Below are positions 1-11,720 of a stretch of 62,307 nt of DNA, piece by piece (the stretch's first letter is position 1; the number at the start of each line of letters is the position of its first letter). The stretch is taken from positions 87,207,082 through 87,269,388 of the forward strand of contig NC_068989.1 in NCBI RefSeq assembly GCF_001194135.2. Reading direction: 5' to 3'. The stretch comes from Octopus bimaculoides. Lineage: Eukaryota. The translations under genes and the position numbers were made by a program. The notes under the pieces were generated by a model, which saw nothing but the letters and a program-made list of their open reading frames with translations, did no database searches and was not told the origin of the DNA.

Positions 1-231
1 ATATATATTTATATATACATTTCTATGTAAATATATGTATATATATTCATACATTTACATATATATGTATGTATACATACACCTAACCACATATATATAT
101 ATGTATTTATATATACATATCTATGTATATATGTGTATATATGTATGTATGTATGTATGTATATATGTGTGACGTACGAAACAGCGTAAAAGGGAAGGAG
201 TGAGATGTATTTAAATATTGGAGACGCTCAC

Positions 232-326
232 TGAATATTATAGACACTTCAATTCTGTTGAGGAGCGGGGCAGAATTAGGGAGGCGAAATCTCCTGATGG
301 ACCGTTCCACGTTTTCTTGTTCGCTC
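232..326 (-). CDS. Candidate 95-bp internal exon of an unidentified gene (SEQENVERSIRRFRLPNSAPLLNRIEVSIIF)
   Basis: On the minus strand a pyrimidine-rich acceptor ttatgcctttccacag precedes 326 and a donor gtgagc follows 232. Exactly one of three frames is open. The peptide is not recognised. Confidence 0.25.
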
Positions 327-549
327 CTGTGGAAAGGCATAAGCGGTTTCCCTTCCGAATGAAAAGTATAGAATCACCTACGTTGTAATCAGCGTAGGCA
401 TTCCATGGGGCCTCTGCATGTGTGTGTATGTGTGTTTGTGTGTGTAGATATGTATATGTCTGATAAATAGTGAAGGAAAAGGAGAGGGAGAGAGCGACAG
501 AGAGAAACAGACAGACAGGTAGACAGATTGACACACAGACAGACTAACT

Positions 550-584
<35 letters not shown>

Positions 585-1099
585 GTAAAATACAGCTAAT
601 TCGTGTCTTTCACATACAGAGAAGAACAAGGTGCCGTGTTCTCACGTGCCTATCGTTTTATTAGATAGTTTGTAATTATTTTCCAAATATTTTTTATCGT
701 AACAACGTCATCGCTTTTCTTTAGCCGATTCGTCCCTTACTTCGATCGCCTTCTGGTCAATGTCCTCATTACATCCGATTTCTTTTAATTGCCATTTTTT
801 CCATGAGATACATCATATTAAATGACATCTTTTTTTATTATTATATTTGTGTCCTTTTTGTTGAAGTATCCGACTCGTCCATTTCGATGCTGTATCTTGT
901 TTCACTGCCTTCTGATTATTCTATATTTTGAATATTTGCATACGTCATTCTGTATACTTGTGATGCGCCATTGTCGTGTTCTCTTCACTATCCACCCTCT
1001 CACAGTTATCGTCTCCATATTTTTTTATTAATAAATTTGCGGGTTACATTGTGGTTTCTTCTTTCATATGAACTTTTCTAACCAGCAACACAAACCGCA

Positions 1100-2020
1100 G
1101 GATCTACAAAAAATATTCTTCAACAAAATATTCGGTGAAGTAGCACTATTATATGGTGAAGCTTTGAAAAGGAATGAGATAAAAGATGAATTAGAATTCC
1201 ATGCCAAATTGGCACAATCGTATCTGACACGACACAGAGCCCCCGCCCCACCCAAAATGGAACATTATCTGCTTCAATCCGACCTTCAGCGCGAATGCAG
1301 CAATAAATATATTAAAATAAGCAATCATTCTAATGCAAAACACTAAAAGCTTCTTAGCTGTTCAAACATAGAATAAAATACTTCACAAATAGTATACAAA
1401 ATTTAGAACAGCTAGTAGACCAATCAAGCTATTAATGTTTAGTTATTTAGAAATCCACAGCATATAGCGGAAAATAAATGCAACTGTAATCTATTGAAAC
1501 ACTTCCCATTGTTTGGAAACCATCAAAATATAAAAATAATCTACAATGCATCAGTAATTCAAGGGCTTGGAGGGTAGCAACCGATAACATTGATTAAGTG
1601 TAACAATCAACCCATTCAAAACCTGATACACAAAACGCAAGTACACGCTCCGATATGTGTACGGAGTAACCCAACATCTCCACTGGAGAATATTTGGGAC
1701 AAAATCAAGGAAAAACATGAATATAAATATAATCTGGCCAATATAGAAAGAGATTTGGTAGATGATCACGGTCTTGGTGTTTATGTACCGTAAAAACATT
1801 CATAATTTTACTCAACGAATTTGTTCAGTTCATAAATGGAGTGAAGTGCTCTCACTTTCTGGACACCAGAAGCATTCATTTTAAAATACTTATGTCAATT
1901 GCATATAGGGTAAATAACTAGTGGCGTAATATGCCGTACATTGGAACAACGGCATCGTTGTATAAAATAAAAGACCAATTTAACTCACAAAAGCTGTAAC
2001 TGCGACACGAATAAAGAACT
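1100..2020 (+). mobile_element. Decayed Penelope-like element (RT thumb/linker and GIY-YIG endonuclease region)
   Basis: Colinear frameshifted motifs match the PLE C-terminal half: KIFGEVALLYGEALKRN, NIICFNPTFSAN (1261-1296; cf. NIIWFNPPFS), CNC (1479-1487), PLFGN, IIYNASV and IWDKIKEK. Many stops and frameshifts. Confidence 0.75.
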
Positions 2021-2285
2021 AAATAAGAATGAAACTTTACTGCTACATATTACATATTACAATACCCGAAAAATAACACAACATAACTAACTTGACGACA
2101 CAAAAAAGAATGTCCGACATAGTCAATGCAGATATCGACAAAACGAAAATATTTTAAAGATCGATATATCAATACATTAACTCAAAAGACAAAATAATCG
2201 ACGTATTGGTAAAAGAAAAGTGAGAATGCTACCATAATTTAAAACAAGCTACACTCATTGAATTAACGAAAGGAATTTAAAGATT

Positions 2286-2410
2286 AAGGCGGCGCGATGG
2301 CAGAAGCGTTAACGTGTCGGGCAAAATTCTTAGTGACATTTCTTCCTGTTATATACATTCTGAGTTCAAATCCTGCAGAGGTCAACTTTTCCTTTCATCA
2401 TTTCACGGAT
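2286..2410 (+). mobile_element. tRNA-derived SINE family A, 5' part
   Basis: A-box-like TGGCAGAAGCGTTA and B-box GAGTTCAAATCC. Homologous to copies at 6056, 6901, 33095 and 45209. Confidence 0.8.
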
Positions 2411-2721
2411 GTGTAAATATAGTAATAGACATACAGTAATCGATCTAACCGAATATTACCCATCCTTCAGAATGCTACCCTTCAAGTTTGTAACGAATCA
2501 TTGTAGCATTGAGGGGAATGTTGTGATCTAGGCGCACTTCCCCTATGCGACATGGAAACCGCATATTGGCCTTAGCAATCGTGGGTCACTAAAGAAGGAA
2601 AACAGGGAATACAATAGCAAAATTATAAGATATAATGGAGACAATTTAAGCGGCGAAAGAGCAAGTAAGACGGAACAGAATCATTACGACACATCAACAA
2701 TTAGGTTAATTCAAAGGAATT

Positions 2722-2752
<31 letters not shown>

Positions 2753-4814
2753 NNNNNNNNNNNNNNNNNNNNNNNNNNNNNNNNNNNNNNNNNNNNNNNN
2801 NNNNNNNNNNNNNNNNNNNNNNNNNNNNNNNNNNNNNNNNNNNNNNNNNNNNNNNNNNNNNNNNNNNNNNNNNNNNNNNNNNNNNNNNNNNNNNNNNNNN
2901 NNNNNNNNNNNNNNNNNNNNNNNNNNNNNNNNNNNNNNNNNNNNNNNNNNNNNNNNNNNNNNNNNNNNNNNNNNNNNNNNNNNNNNNNNNNNNNNNNNNN
3001 NNNNNNNNNNNNNNNNNNNNNNNNNNNNNNNNNNNNNNNNNNNNNNNTATATATATATATATATGTATATATATGGAATTCCTGTATTTAGTATTGGTAC
3101 CGTATACACTCATGCGCAATGTTACGTGTGTGTACATATATAAGTACATATGGATATTATATGTTTATGTACATATGTATACGGACACATACACATTTGT
3201 ATGGAAGTATGTTTGTATGTATATACGCATGTATGCATGTTTGTGTGTGCGAGTGTGTGTATGTATGTATGTATGTATAAATAGTTGCATCTTCCTGTAT
3301 TCCGCTTTGTGATATTCACCTTCCATAACCAGATTAATGTCAAGTCAGAGGGGAGAAAAATTTTGTCTTTGATTTTTTTTTTTTTCTGTGTGTGTTTGCT
3401 TTTTTTGTTTTCGAATATATCTTTTCGTTCAGTTAGCTTGAACCACACTTTGTGTAGTCTGCTTTGAATTCCGTCATACCGTCTTGCCCCACCACTCGTA
3501 CACCAATCTGTACGCGTGTTTCTGATTGTATATATATATATATNNNNNNNNNNNNNNNNNNNNNNNNNNNNNNNNNNNNNNNNNNNNNNNNNNNNNNNNN
3601 NNNNNNNNNNNNNNNNNNNNNNNNNNNNNNNNNNNNNNNNNNNNNNNNNNNNNNNNNNNNNNNNNNNNNNNNNNNNNNNNNNNNNNNNNNNNNNNNNNNN
3701 NNNNNNNNNNNNNNNNNNNNNNNNNNNNNNNNNNNNNNNNNNNNNNNNNNNNNNNNNNNNNNNNNNNNNNNNNNNNNNNNNNNNNNNNNNNNNNNNNNNN
3801 NNNNNNNNNNNNNNNNNNNNNNNNNNNNNNNNNNNNNNNNNNNNNNNNNNNNNNNNNNNNNNNNNNNNNNNNNNNNNNNNNNNNNNNNNNNNNNNNNNNN
3901 NNNNNNNNNNNNNNNNNNNNNNNNNNNNNNNNNNNNNNNNNNNNNNNNNNNNNNNNNNNNNNNNNNNNNNNNNNNNNNNNNNNNNNNNNNNNNNNNNNNN
4001 NNNNNNNNNNNNNNNNNNNNNNNNNNNNNNNNNNNNNNNNNNNNNNNNNNNNNNNNNNNNNNNNNNNNNNNNNNNNNNNNNNNNNNNNNNNNNNNNNNNN
4101 NNNNNNNNNNNNNNNNNNNNNNNNNNNNNNNNNNNNNNNNNNNNNNNNNNNNNNNNNNNNNNNNNNNNNNNNNNNNNNNNNNNNNNNNNNNNNNNNNNNN
4201 NNNNNNNNNNNNNNNNNNNNNNNNNNNNNNNNNNNNNNNNNNNNNNNNNNNNNNNNNNNNNNNNNNNNNNNNNNNNNNNNNNNNNNNNNATATATATATA
4301 TATACATATTTTGTTCCTACGCTATTTTCATTAGGATTTTTTCTGTGTTTGATTATTGTTGCTTTTCTGTGTAGGTGTGTCTACATCTCTCTCCTTCCCA
4401 GCACCGAGTGATTTCTCCATCGCCTCACCTCTCCACCCTTACAACTCTCCATCTCTTCACACATCTCCAACTTTCTCTCTATATATATATATAGTCCAAC
4501 ACTTCATCTCTTTGTCGTTTTCTAGTTTCCTTAACCACTTACTCTCTTCCCTCCCTCCCCCTCTCACTCTCTTTTTTTCACTCTTAGCCAACAATCTTAC
4601 TATCCCCTCCTCGTCTTCTTTCATTTATTATTTTTTATCTCTGGGCTTCGTTCTTTGATCACCATTCCTTGTGGCCTGTTCTATTTTAAGGGTCATATGA
4701 TGCTATATCTACATCCAGATTCGCGCATACAACTCAACAGACATAGATACGAACATAGTTACACACACATACACGGTTATATATAAATACATATGTATAC
4801 AATGATATAGACAT

Positions 4815-4891
<77 letters not shown>

Positions 4892-4961
4892 TGTGTGTGT
4901 GTGTGTGTTTGTGTGTGTGTATAAATGCATAAAAAATACAGATATATATGTATGCCCAACT

Positions 4962-5064
4962 GCCATGTTGATATTCCTGAAATTCCAAAGAAACTTCACT
5001 GGAACTAGGTTAGAAACCGTTTCTTTCTCCATTAACATGAAATATAGTCAGAAAACTAAATAAT
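4962..5064 (+). mobile_element. Diverged 3'-UTR module of the CATA-associated REL LINE family
   Basis: ggaactaggttagaaaccg...tctttctc...aaaactaaataat aligns with the modules at 5277-5387 and 22997-23108. Followed by (CCTA)n/(CATA)n. Confidence 0.5.
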
Positions 5065-5066
5065 AC

Positions 5067-5532
5067 AACGCACACACCTACCTACCAACCTACCTACCTA
5101 CCTACCTACCTACCTACCTACCTACCTACCTACCTACCTTCATACATACATACATACATACATACATACATACATACATACATACAACATACATACATAC
5201 ATACCTTCGTGTCTACCTACCTGTCTACTTTCCTATCTACATGTATACATGCATACATACATACATACATACATACAAAAATACCCTGTTGTTGATGTTG
5301 AAGTTCTAATGAAGGGACCTTAGATCTACGTAAGAAACAGGCTCTTTCTCTATTGGCAAGAAATCTTGAAATAAAACTAAACAATGATATACATACATAC
5401 AAACACACATACATACATACAGACATACAAACAAACAAACATACATACAAACATAAAAACATACATACACAATACATACATACATACAAAGAAGCATACA
5501 TATATACATACAAACAAACATACATAAATACA

Positions 5533-5565
<33 letters not shown>

Positions 5566-5628
5566 GCAAACATACATACATACAAATATACATACATACA
5601 TACATACATACATACATACATACATACA
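5067..5628. repeat. Compound (CCTA)n/(CATA)n microsatellite containing a LINE 3'-UTR module
   Basis: Tetranucleotide tracts seen directly, interrupted at 5277-5387. Confidence 0.9.
5277..5387 (+). mobile_element. 3'-terminal module of the CATA-associated REL LINE
   Basis: Close reverse-complement match to 22997-23108, which is the distal 3' end of a LINE fragment with recognisable ORF. (CATA)n lies on both sides. Confidence 0.75.
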
Positions 5629-5640
5629 TAAAGGAGAATA

Positions 5641-5865
5641 AAGGAGAATCTGAATAAAATGGCTAATTCGTACCGTACATTACAAGTGCAATCTGTGAGT
5701 GGAACAGTAAAAATACGCAAGACTTTTCTCAAGTTCCAAATGTGAATTTACCTGTTTTAACTACATCCCAAAGATGGAGCCTTGTATCTTTGTTGGAAAC
5801 CGGCTCCTTCCTCAGTGGAAGATTTATAAAAATTAAAAGATAGAACATACATACATACATACATA
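5641..5865 (+). mobile_element. 5'-truncated REL-type LINE 3' end with (CATA)n tail
   Basis: Encodes RTLQVQSVSGTVKIRKTFLKFQM* (5674-5745), similar to RILQIQFITGNVKICKTFQKF at 23168-23437. A 3'-UTR module and CATA repeats follow. Confidence 0.7.
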
Positions 5866-6055
5866 TCCGTACGTATGACCATGTCGAGATAACGCGTTTT
5901 ATATTATTGGTAAAAGATGAATCGGTGGATTGTACTAGATATTTTTTTTCGTTGAGATTTGAGAAATTTCTCCCTTGTCTCATTCGATTTTTTTCTTTTT
6001 CCACGGTAGTAAATATTAATATTGCTTCGTTTTATTATCGCTGGTGCCCATCATG

Positions 6056-6192
6056 AAGAGCTGGCAGAATCGTTATCACGTTAGACAAAACACTAAGAGG
6101 CACTTCATCTGTCTATTTACGTTCTGAGTTCAAAACCTGCTCAGCTCACCTCTTCCTTTCATCACTTCCAGGTCGAAAAATTAAAGTACCTG
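6056..6192 (+). mobile_element. tRNA-derived SINE family A, diverged
   Basis: gagctggcagaatcgtta...gttctgagttcaaaa...aaagtacc aligns with the other family A copies. Confidence 0.75.
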
Positions 6193-6455
6193 TGAAGAAA
6201 TAAATGTACGTATTCGACTTGAACGCTCCTCAAGATTCAAAATTTCTTGCTTGAAAGCTGCAACACCCAGGTATCCTGTTCAAAGGAATATTGATCTCTG
6301 CCACTTCTTCGCGGTGGTAATAGTATAATGGGCATTATGAAGCCTTCGATCCAAGGAAAACACTAAAATAAGTTGCATGACTATTGCTTCTTAACAGGAT
6401 CAACACTGTTACAAATAGCTGTAGGTGCTTGTCTGATGCCTTTATATACATATCC

Positions 6456-6822
6456 TTATTACCTCCGCCTTAGTGAAGGCGGAGGTTCTGTTTCCAGTCG
6501 TGTTTGTTTGTTTGTCCATGAACAAGATATCTCAAGGACTGCTGGATGGATACGGATGAAACCTTCAGGAATGTTTGGCCTCGTAACTCGTACGATCTGA
6601 TTAGATTTTGGGATCGATCTGGCACTGGACAAGGATTCTGGATTATTTATTCTGTTTGTTTTTTTTTTAATTAATTTTTGAGAGCGGTTGGGTTCACTTT
6701 TAGCATTCTCGTTTGTGAGAGCAATCGAGTTTATTCTCATTTTAAAAATCATCTCCAGCTAATCGTTGAGAAAACGTTGGTGTTGTCTTAGCGGAGGTTT
6801 GTGCCCTATGAGGGCTCTTGTT
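6456..6822 (+). mobile_element. Non-autonomous Helentron-associated (HINE/DINE-1-like) element, copy 1
   Basis: 5' TTATT then a perfect 10-bp palindrome CCTCCGCCTT-AGTG-AAGGCGGAGG, a short (GTTT)n, a 3' subterminal inverted repeat GCGGAGGT (6791-6798) and a 3' hairpin GCCCT-ATG-AGGGC, in T-rich flanks. Second copy at 33601-33950. Confidence 0.75.
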
Positions 6823-6841
6823 ATTATTGTTATTATTATTA

Positions 6842-6876
<35 letters not shown>

Positions 6877-6900
6877 GTTATTATTATTAGATGAAATACA

Positions 6901-7120
6901 ACGGTGAGCTGGCAGAAGCGTTAGCGTGACGAGCACAATGCTTCGCGGCATTTCGTCCGCTCTTACGTTCTGAGCTCAAATTCTGCCGGGGTCTACTTTG
7001 CCTTTCATCCTTTCGGGGTCGATAAAATGATTACCAGTTAAATACTGGAATCGATGAAATCGACTATCCCCCCCCCCCTCTCCCAGAATTACAAACCTTG
7101 TGCCTGTTGTAGTAAGGGTC
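6901..7120 (+). mobile_element. tRNA-derived SINE family A, near full length
   Basis: ggtgagctggcagaagcgttag head, B-box region, ttcggggtcgataaaa...tactggaatcgat body, C-rich 3' part. Confidence 0.85.
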
Positions 7121-7307
7121 ATTATTTAATGGAAATCCGCTGCTTATTTTGCTGGGTGTAATGGAAAGTGTCAGCTGTCTACAGCCAGAAGACTAAGGTG
7201 ACATTTGTTTACTGGTCATGCTTCAAGAACCTTGCCAAGAACTCTTGCAGTTCCAAGTAACGATGTTTTTTGTAGGTGTTCTATCTTCATATTTGTACCA
7301 ATCTCAT

Positions 7308-7437
7308 GAGTTTCACTTCGCCATTCATCCCTTTTCAGTCGATAAAATAAGTACCAGTTACGTACTGGGTTCGATGCGATTCACTCACCCTATCCCACCA
7401 AACATTGCTGGCTTCGTGCCAAAATTTGAAAGCAATG
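7308..7437 (+). mobile_element. SINE family A, 3' part
   Basis: gtcgataaaataagtaccagtt...tactgggttcgat...gtgccaaaatttgaa matches the 3' half of family A. Confidence 0.7.
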
Positions 7438-8160
7438 TATCATAGCCATTTATTTAAGCATTATGCGACTTACTTACGATCTGAGAATTCTGAGAGACTG
7501 TGCAAAAACCATTATCCGATAGTATATCTGTTGGACTGTATCAGGACGTTGTCCTTTATTCGCTTAAATACAGCGATCCCCTTAAAAGTTAATATTTAAT
7601 ATATAGACTACATCTTTTGCAATAATTTACAGCAGTTCACGTCTCTATTTATTTGAAAATTACAAAGTTCCATAGTCATTTATATTATAGCGAGAGGGGG
7701 AGTTCTATTAAGCTTTTATTTAATTTCTTTATAAGTCTAGTCCATTGTTGGAAGCAAAAGTGATTCTTTCTCCAAAAGATAAAGAACTGACTAGAAGAAA
7801 TATACTTATGAAGAAGTTTGAATCTATAATAATTAAAATTTTCCATCGCGGCATTATGTTGAGGAACATTGTTATTAGTTAAACGAAATTGAATATATCT
7901 TGCGAGAACAGTTTAGATTACAACAATGGAAATATTTCCCGGTATTTTTCCATCTTGAATTATTCTGTATCTTTATAGAATCGTAGATCTGAATCACAGA
8001 TCTTGAATTAGTTCAAGAAATTTATTGCATTCCATTTTTTTTTTTTAGTGCAAATTTCATATTTATAACAATTGTTATTTTCATTTTGTAACATATTTTA
8101 ACGGCAACAGGTAAAAATCAAGACAAAGGTGAAAGCTATAAAAAGATACGTACATATATT

Positions 8161-8455
8161 CTTTTATTCTTTTACTTGTTTCAATCGTTTGAGTGCGGCC
8201 ATGCTGGAGCACAACCTGTAGTCGAACAAATCGACTCTAGGACTTATTCTTTGTAAGCCTAGTTCTTATTCNNNNNNNNNNNNNNNNNNNNNNNNNNNNN
8301 NNNNNNNNNNNNNNNNNNNNNNNNNNNNNNNNNNNNNNNNNNNNNNNNNNNNNNNNNNNNNNNNNNNNNNNNNNNNNNNNNNNNNNNNNNNNNNNNNNNN
8401 NNNNNNNNNNNNNNNNNNNNNNNNNNNNNNNNNNNNNNNNNNNNNNNNNNNNNNN

Positions 8456-8491
<36 letters not shown>

Positions 8492-8645
8492 GACAGGCTT
8501 CTTTTAGTTTCCGTCTGCCAAATCCACTCACAAGGCTTTGGTCGGCCCGTGGCTATATCAGAAAACACTTACCCAAGGTGCCACGCAGTACGACTGAACC
8601 CGGAACTATATGGTTGGGAAGCAAGCTACTTACCACCCAGCCACT
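8161..8645 (-). mobile_element. Bipartite SINE family B (tRNA/CORE-like head, internal microsatellite and gap, tail)
   Basis: Head 8491-8645 is the reverse complement of 40577-40740. Tail 8161-8271 is the reverse complement of the tail at 40950-41118. They are separated by (TA)n and an N-gap. Confidence 0.8.
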
Positions 8646-10493
8646 CTTATTCTAGTATTATAGTATTCTTATTCTTATTCTTATTCTATTATTCCAATTC
8701 CGTATGTAGTTACCATATTATTCCATCCTCTAACTGAAGAATTTCAAATGTGAAATTTATTACGTGTTTATCCTAAATGTTCAATTTTGCGGTTCCTATT
8801 ATCATATGAAACATGTGTTATGGTGAATAGATGCGGTTGTAGCCACTATACTGGCTCGTATGTATTTACACCATACATCCAACTTCTCCGTCTTTCCTCG
8901 TGGCTGTTCTATAATATTTCTCTTCTACTTGTGTTCCTCGCCAAGAATTATCACCGAACATTCTCATTTGACCATGTCATTGATCATAACCGGAAGCTAT
9001 AATTCTCATTTGATCATGGATCTATCTAACGCATTCCTACATTACTCTATTCCCTTCCCAAATTTTTGGCTAACCGGAATACACTAATATCCTCGATTGG
9101 AGACTTTCCCTTTTGCATCTCTTTGATAACGGCATACTCAGCCCCATGGAATCCTTAATCAATATCATAATCCACGCACCTGATTATTCTAGAAACAGCT
9201 GTAAGAAACTCTGTATATCTATATTCTATATCGATACAGATTGCTTATTCATTTTCACTTTAATTTTTATCAATATGCATATATACATACACACACACAC
9301 ACACATACACACATACAGACATACACACACACACACATACATATATATATATATGTCTATATGGGATGGTCTTGTTCTTTACTCTAATGAAACTCCGTGC
9401 CTTAATCCGAATGTCCTATAAATATGAAGATTTTTATTTTCGAAGTTATTTATAGGAAACTATTGGAAACGGATGCGGAAACGGCCGTAACATTTGTTAC
9501 GTCACCTATTTGTTATGTCATGCTTTGTATATTAAAAACTAAAAACTAAACTATAAACATGGTCCAATTGATGTGCTTGTTAATCNNNNNNNNNNNNNNN
9601 NNNNNNNNNNNNNNNNNNNNNNNNNNNNNNNNNNNNNNNNNNNNNNNNNNNNNNNNNNNNNNNNNNNNNNNNNNNNNNNNNNNNNNNNNNNNNNNNNNNN
9701 NNNNNNNNNNNNNNNNNNNNNNNNNNNNNNNNNNNNNNNNNNNNNNNNNNNNNNNNNNNNNNNNNNNNNNNNNNNNNNNNNNNNNNNNNNNNNNNNNNNN
9801 NNNNNNNNNNNNNNNNNNNNNNNNNNNNNNNNNNNNNNNNNNNNNNNNNNNNNNNNNNNNNNNNNNNNNNNNNNNNNNTATATATTTATATATATATACA
9901 CATGATTTTGCTTTGAAGTTTATTGATGCTCTTCTTAAGATATTGCAATCTTCTTGTTAACAAAATGATGGGATTTTGAGTTAAGGGAGTTCCTGGTGTT
10001 TATAAATTTTTGGTTGTGCCGGTGTGTTTATTCAACATTTGATACATGCAGCATGTACATATGTATGTATTATCAAGACTGTAATTATCTACATTACTCT
10101 CTCTATCTTTCCTTCATTACCTTTGTGTATATATATATATATATATATATATACAAACAAACATACACACGCACACAACAGAAGTGAGCAGTAAGAATGA
10201 ATACTCGGCAGCGCATTCGGTAAATGAAAATATAGTTTATTTGTGGATTAACCACGCAGAGAATAGTTTCAAGCAGGAAATTCCCCAATTTTCAAGCGTA
10301 CTGCAATAGATTTTAGGTAATCCGTCTCAATATTGATTGCGACTCTTTCAATTTTCCGCATGAAGCCATTGGTCGCAACGTTAATCCACGACTGTAGTCT
10401 ATAGACCCACACACATACACATATATGTGTGTGTGTATATATGTATCTATGTATAATATATAAATATATATGTATACACATACACACGCACAC

Positions 10494-10559
<66 letters not shown>

Positions 10560-11049
10560 NNNNNNNNNNNNNNNNNNNNNNNNNNNNNNNNNNNNNNNNN
10601 NNNNNNNNNNNNNNNNNNNNNNNNNNNNNNNNNNNNNNNNNNNNNNNNNNNNNNNNNNNNNNNNNNNNNNNNNNNNNNNNNNNNNNNNNNNNNNNNNNNN
10701 NNNNNNNNNNNNNNNNNNNNNNNNNNNNNNNNNNNNNNNNNNNNNNNNNNNNNNNNNNNNNNNNNNNNNNNNNNNNNNNNNNNNNNNNNNNNNNNNNNNN
10801 NNNNNNNNNNNNNNNNNNNNNNNNNNNNNNNNNNNNNNNNNNNNNNNNNNNNNNNNNNNNNNNNNNNNNNNNNNNNNNNNNNNNNNNNNNNNNNNGTGTG
10901 TTTTTAAATGGCTTATAAACACCTTCCACGCTGTAATTGTTATATATATATATATATATTATATATACATATATAATATATAAATATATGCATATATACA
11001 TACTTATATGTACATACCTACATATATATGTATATATACATGCATATGT

Positions 11050-11295
11050 GGGTACAGGACATAAAAAACGTTAAACACAATGAGAAACGAAAACATAGAA
11101 AACGAAAACATAGAAAACGAACTTTTTTTCGAACAACAAAAAAAACAAACAGAGAAACGAGACATGCAACATAAAGAATATTTCCCTTCTAAAGTTATCC
11201 CTGTTTCATCCACTCTGCGTTTCGAAGGTAAGGACAATACGCGACTTCGTTGAAACAGTCCTTCCCTCAAAGCAAATCAAATAAAATTGAGCATT
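11050..11295. repeat. Unclassified interspersed repeat family (related copies at 16596-16975 and 61985-62115)
   Basis: Shared motif ccctt...agtt(g/a)tcc...c(t/c)actc..(c)gtttcga and a shared A-rich upstream segment. Confidence 0.55.
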
Positions 11296-11679
11296 TTTTG
11301 CTGTGCTTATTTTGCACCAGACCAAAACACGATGAACATCACCGTTTTCTAGTCTTGCACGTGTCATGAATTTCTCGGCTGTACGTTTTCCAGCTTCCTC
11401 AATATTTTCCAAAATAATCCCCAGCCAATAACTCGTTAAGTTTTATACTACAATATTTGTTTTTATTCCTATAACATTCGGGGACAACTGAAGCGAAAAT
11501 TCTAGGGCTTTCATTGTGCATGCAACTGCCTTTTTAAAGAAAGATCGTTACCAAAACTCGTCTTGTTCTCAACTTTTGTATCTATTTTTATTCGTACGAT
11601 TCAAGTGTATTCTTCCCATTCTTGTTATATCATTTCTCTAATATTTCTATTACATTAAGTTTCTCCATTTCTTTTACAG

Positions 11680-11720
11680 ATAAATTATTCTCTGGTGGAA
11701 GGAACTGATACAAGAATTAG
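11680..11720 (+). CDS. Candidate 41-bp micro-exon (INYSLVEGTDTRI)
   Basis: Strong acceptor ttctccatttcttttacag and donor AG|gtaacg. Only frame 0 is open. No partner exons identified. Confidence 0.25.

Noticed and set aside
11206-11440. Protein-like minus-strand stretch LENIEEAGKRTAEKFMTRARLENG
   Set aside because: Weak acceptor and donor, no recognisable family, and the ORF runs into a repeat.
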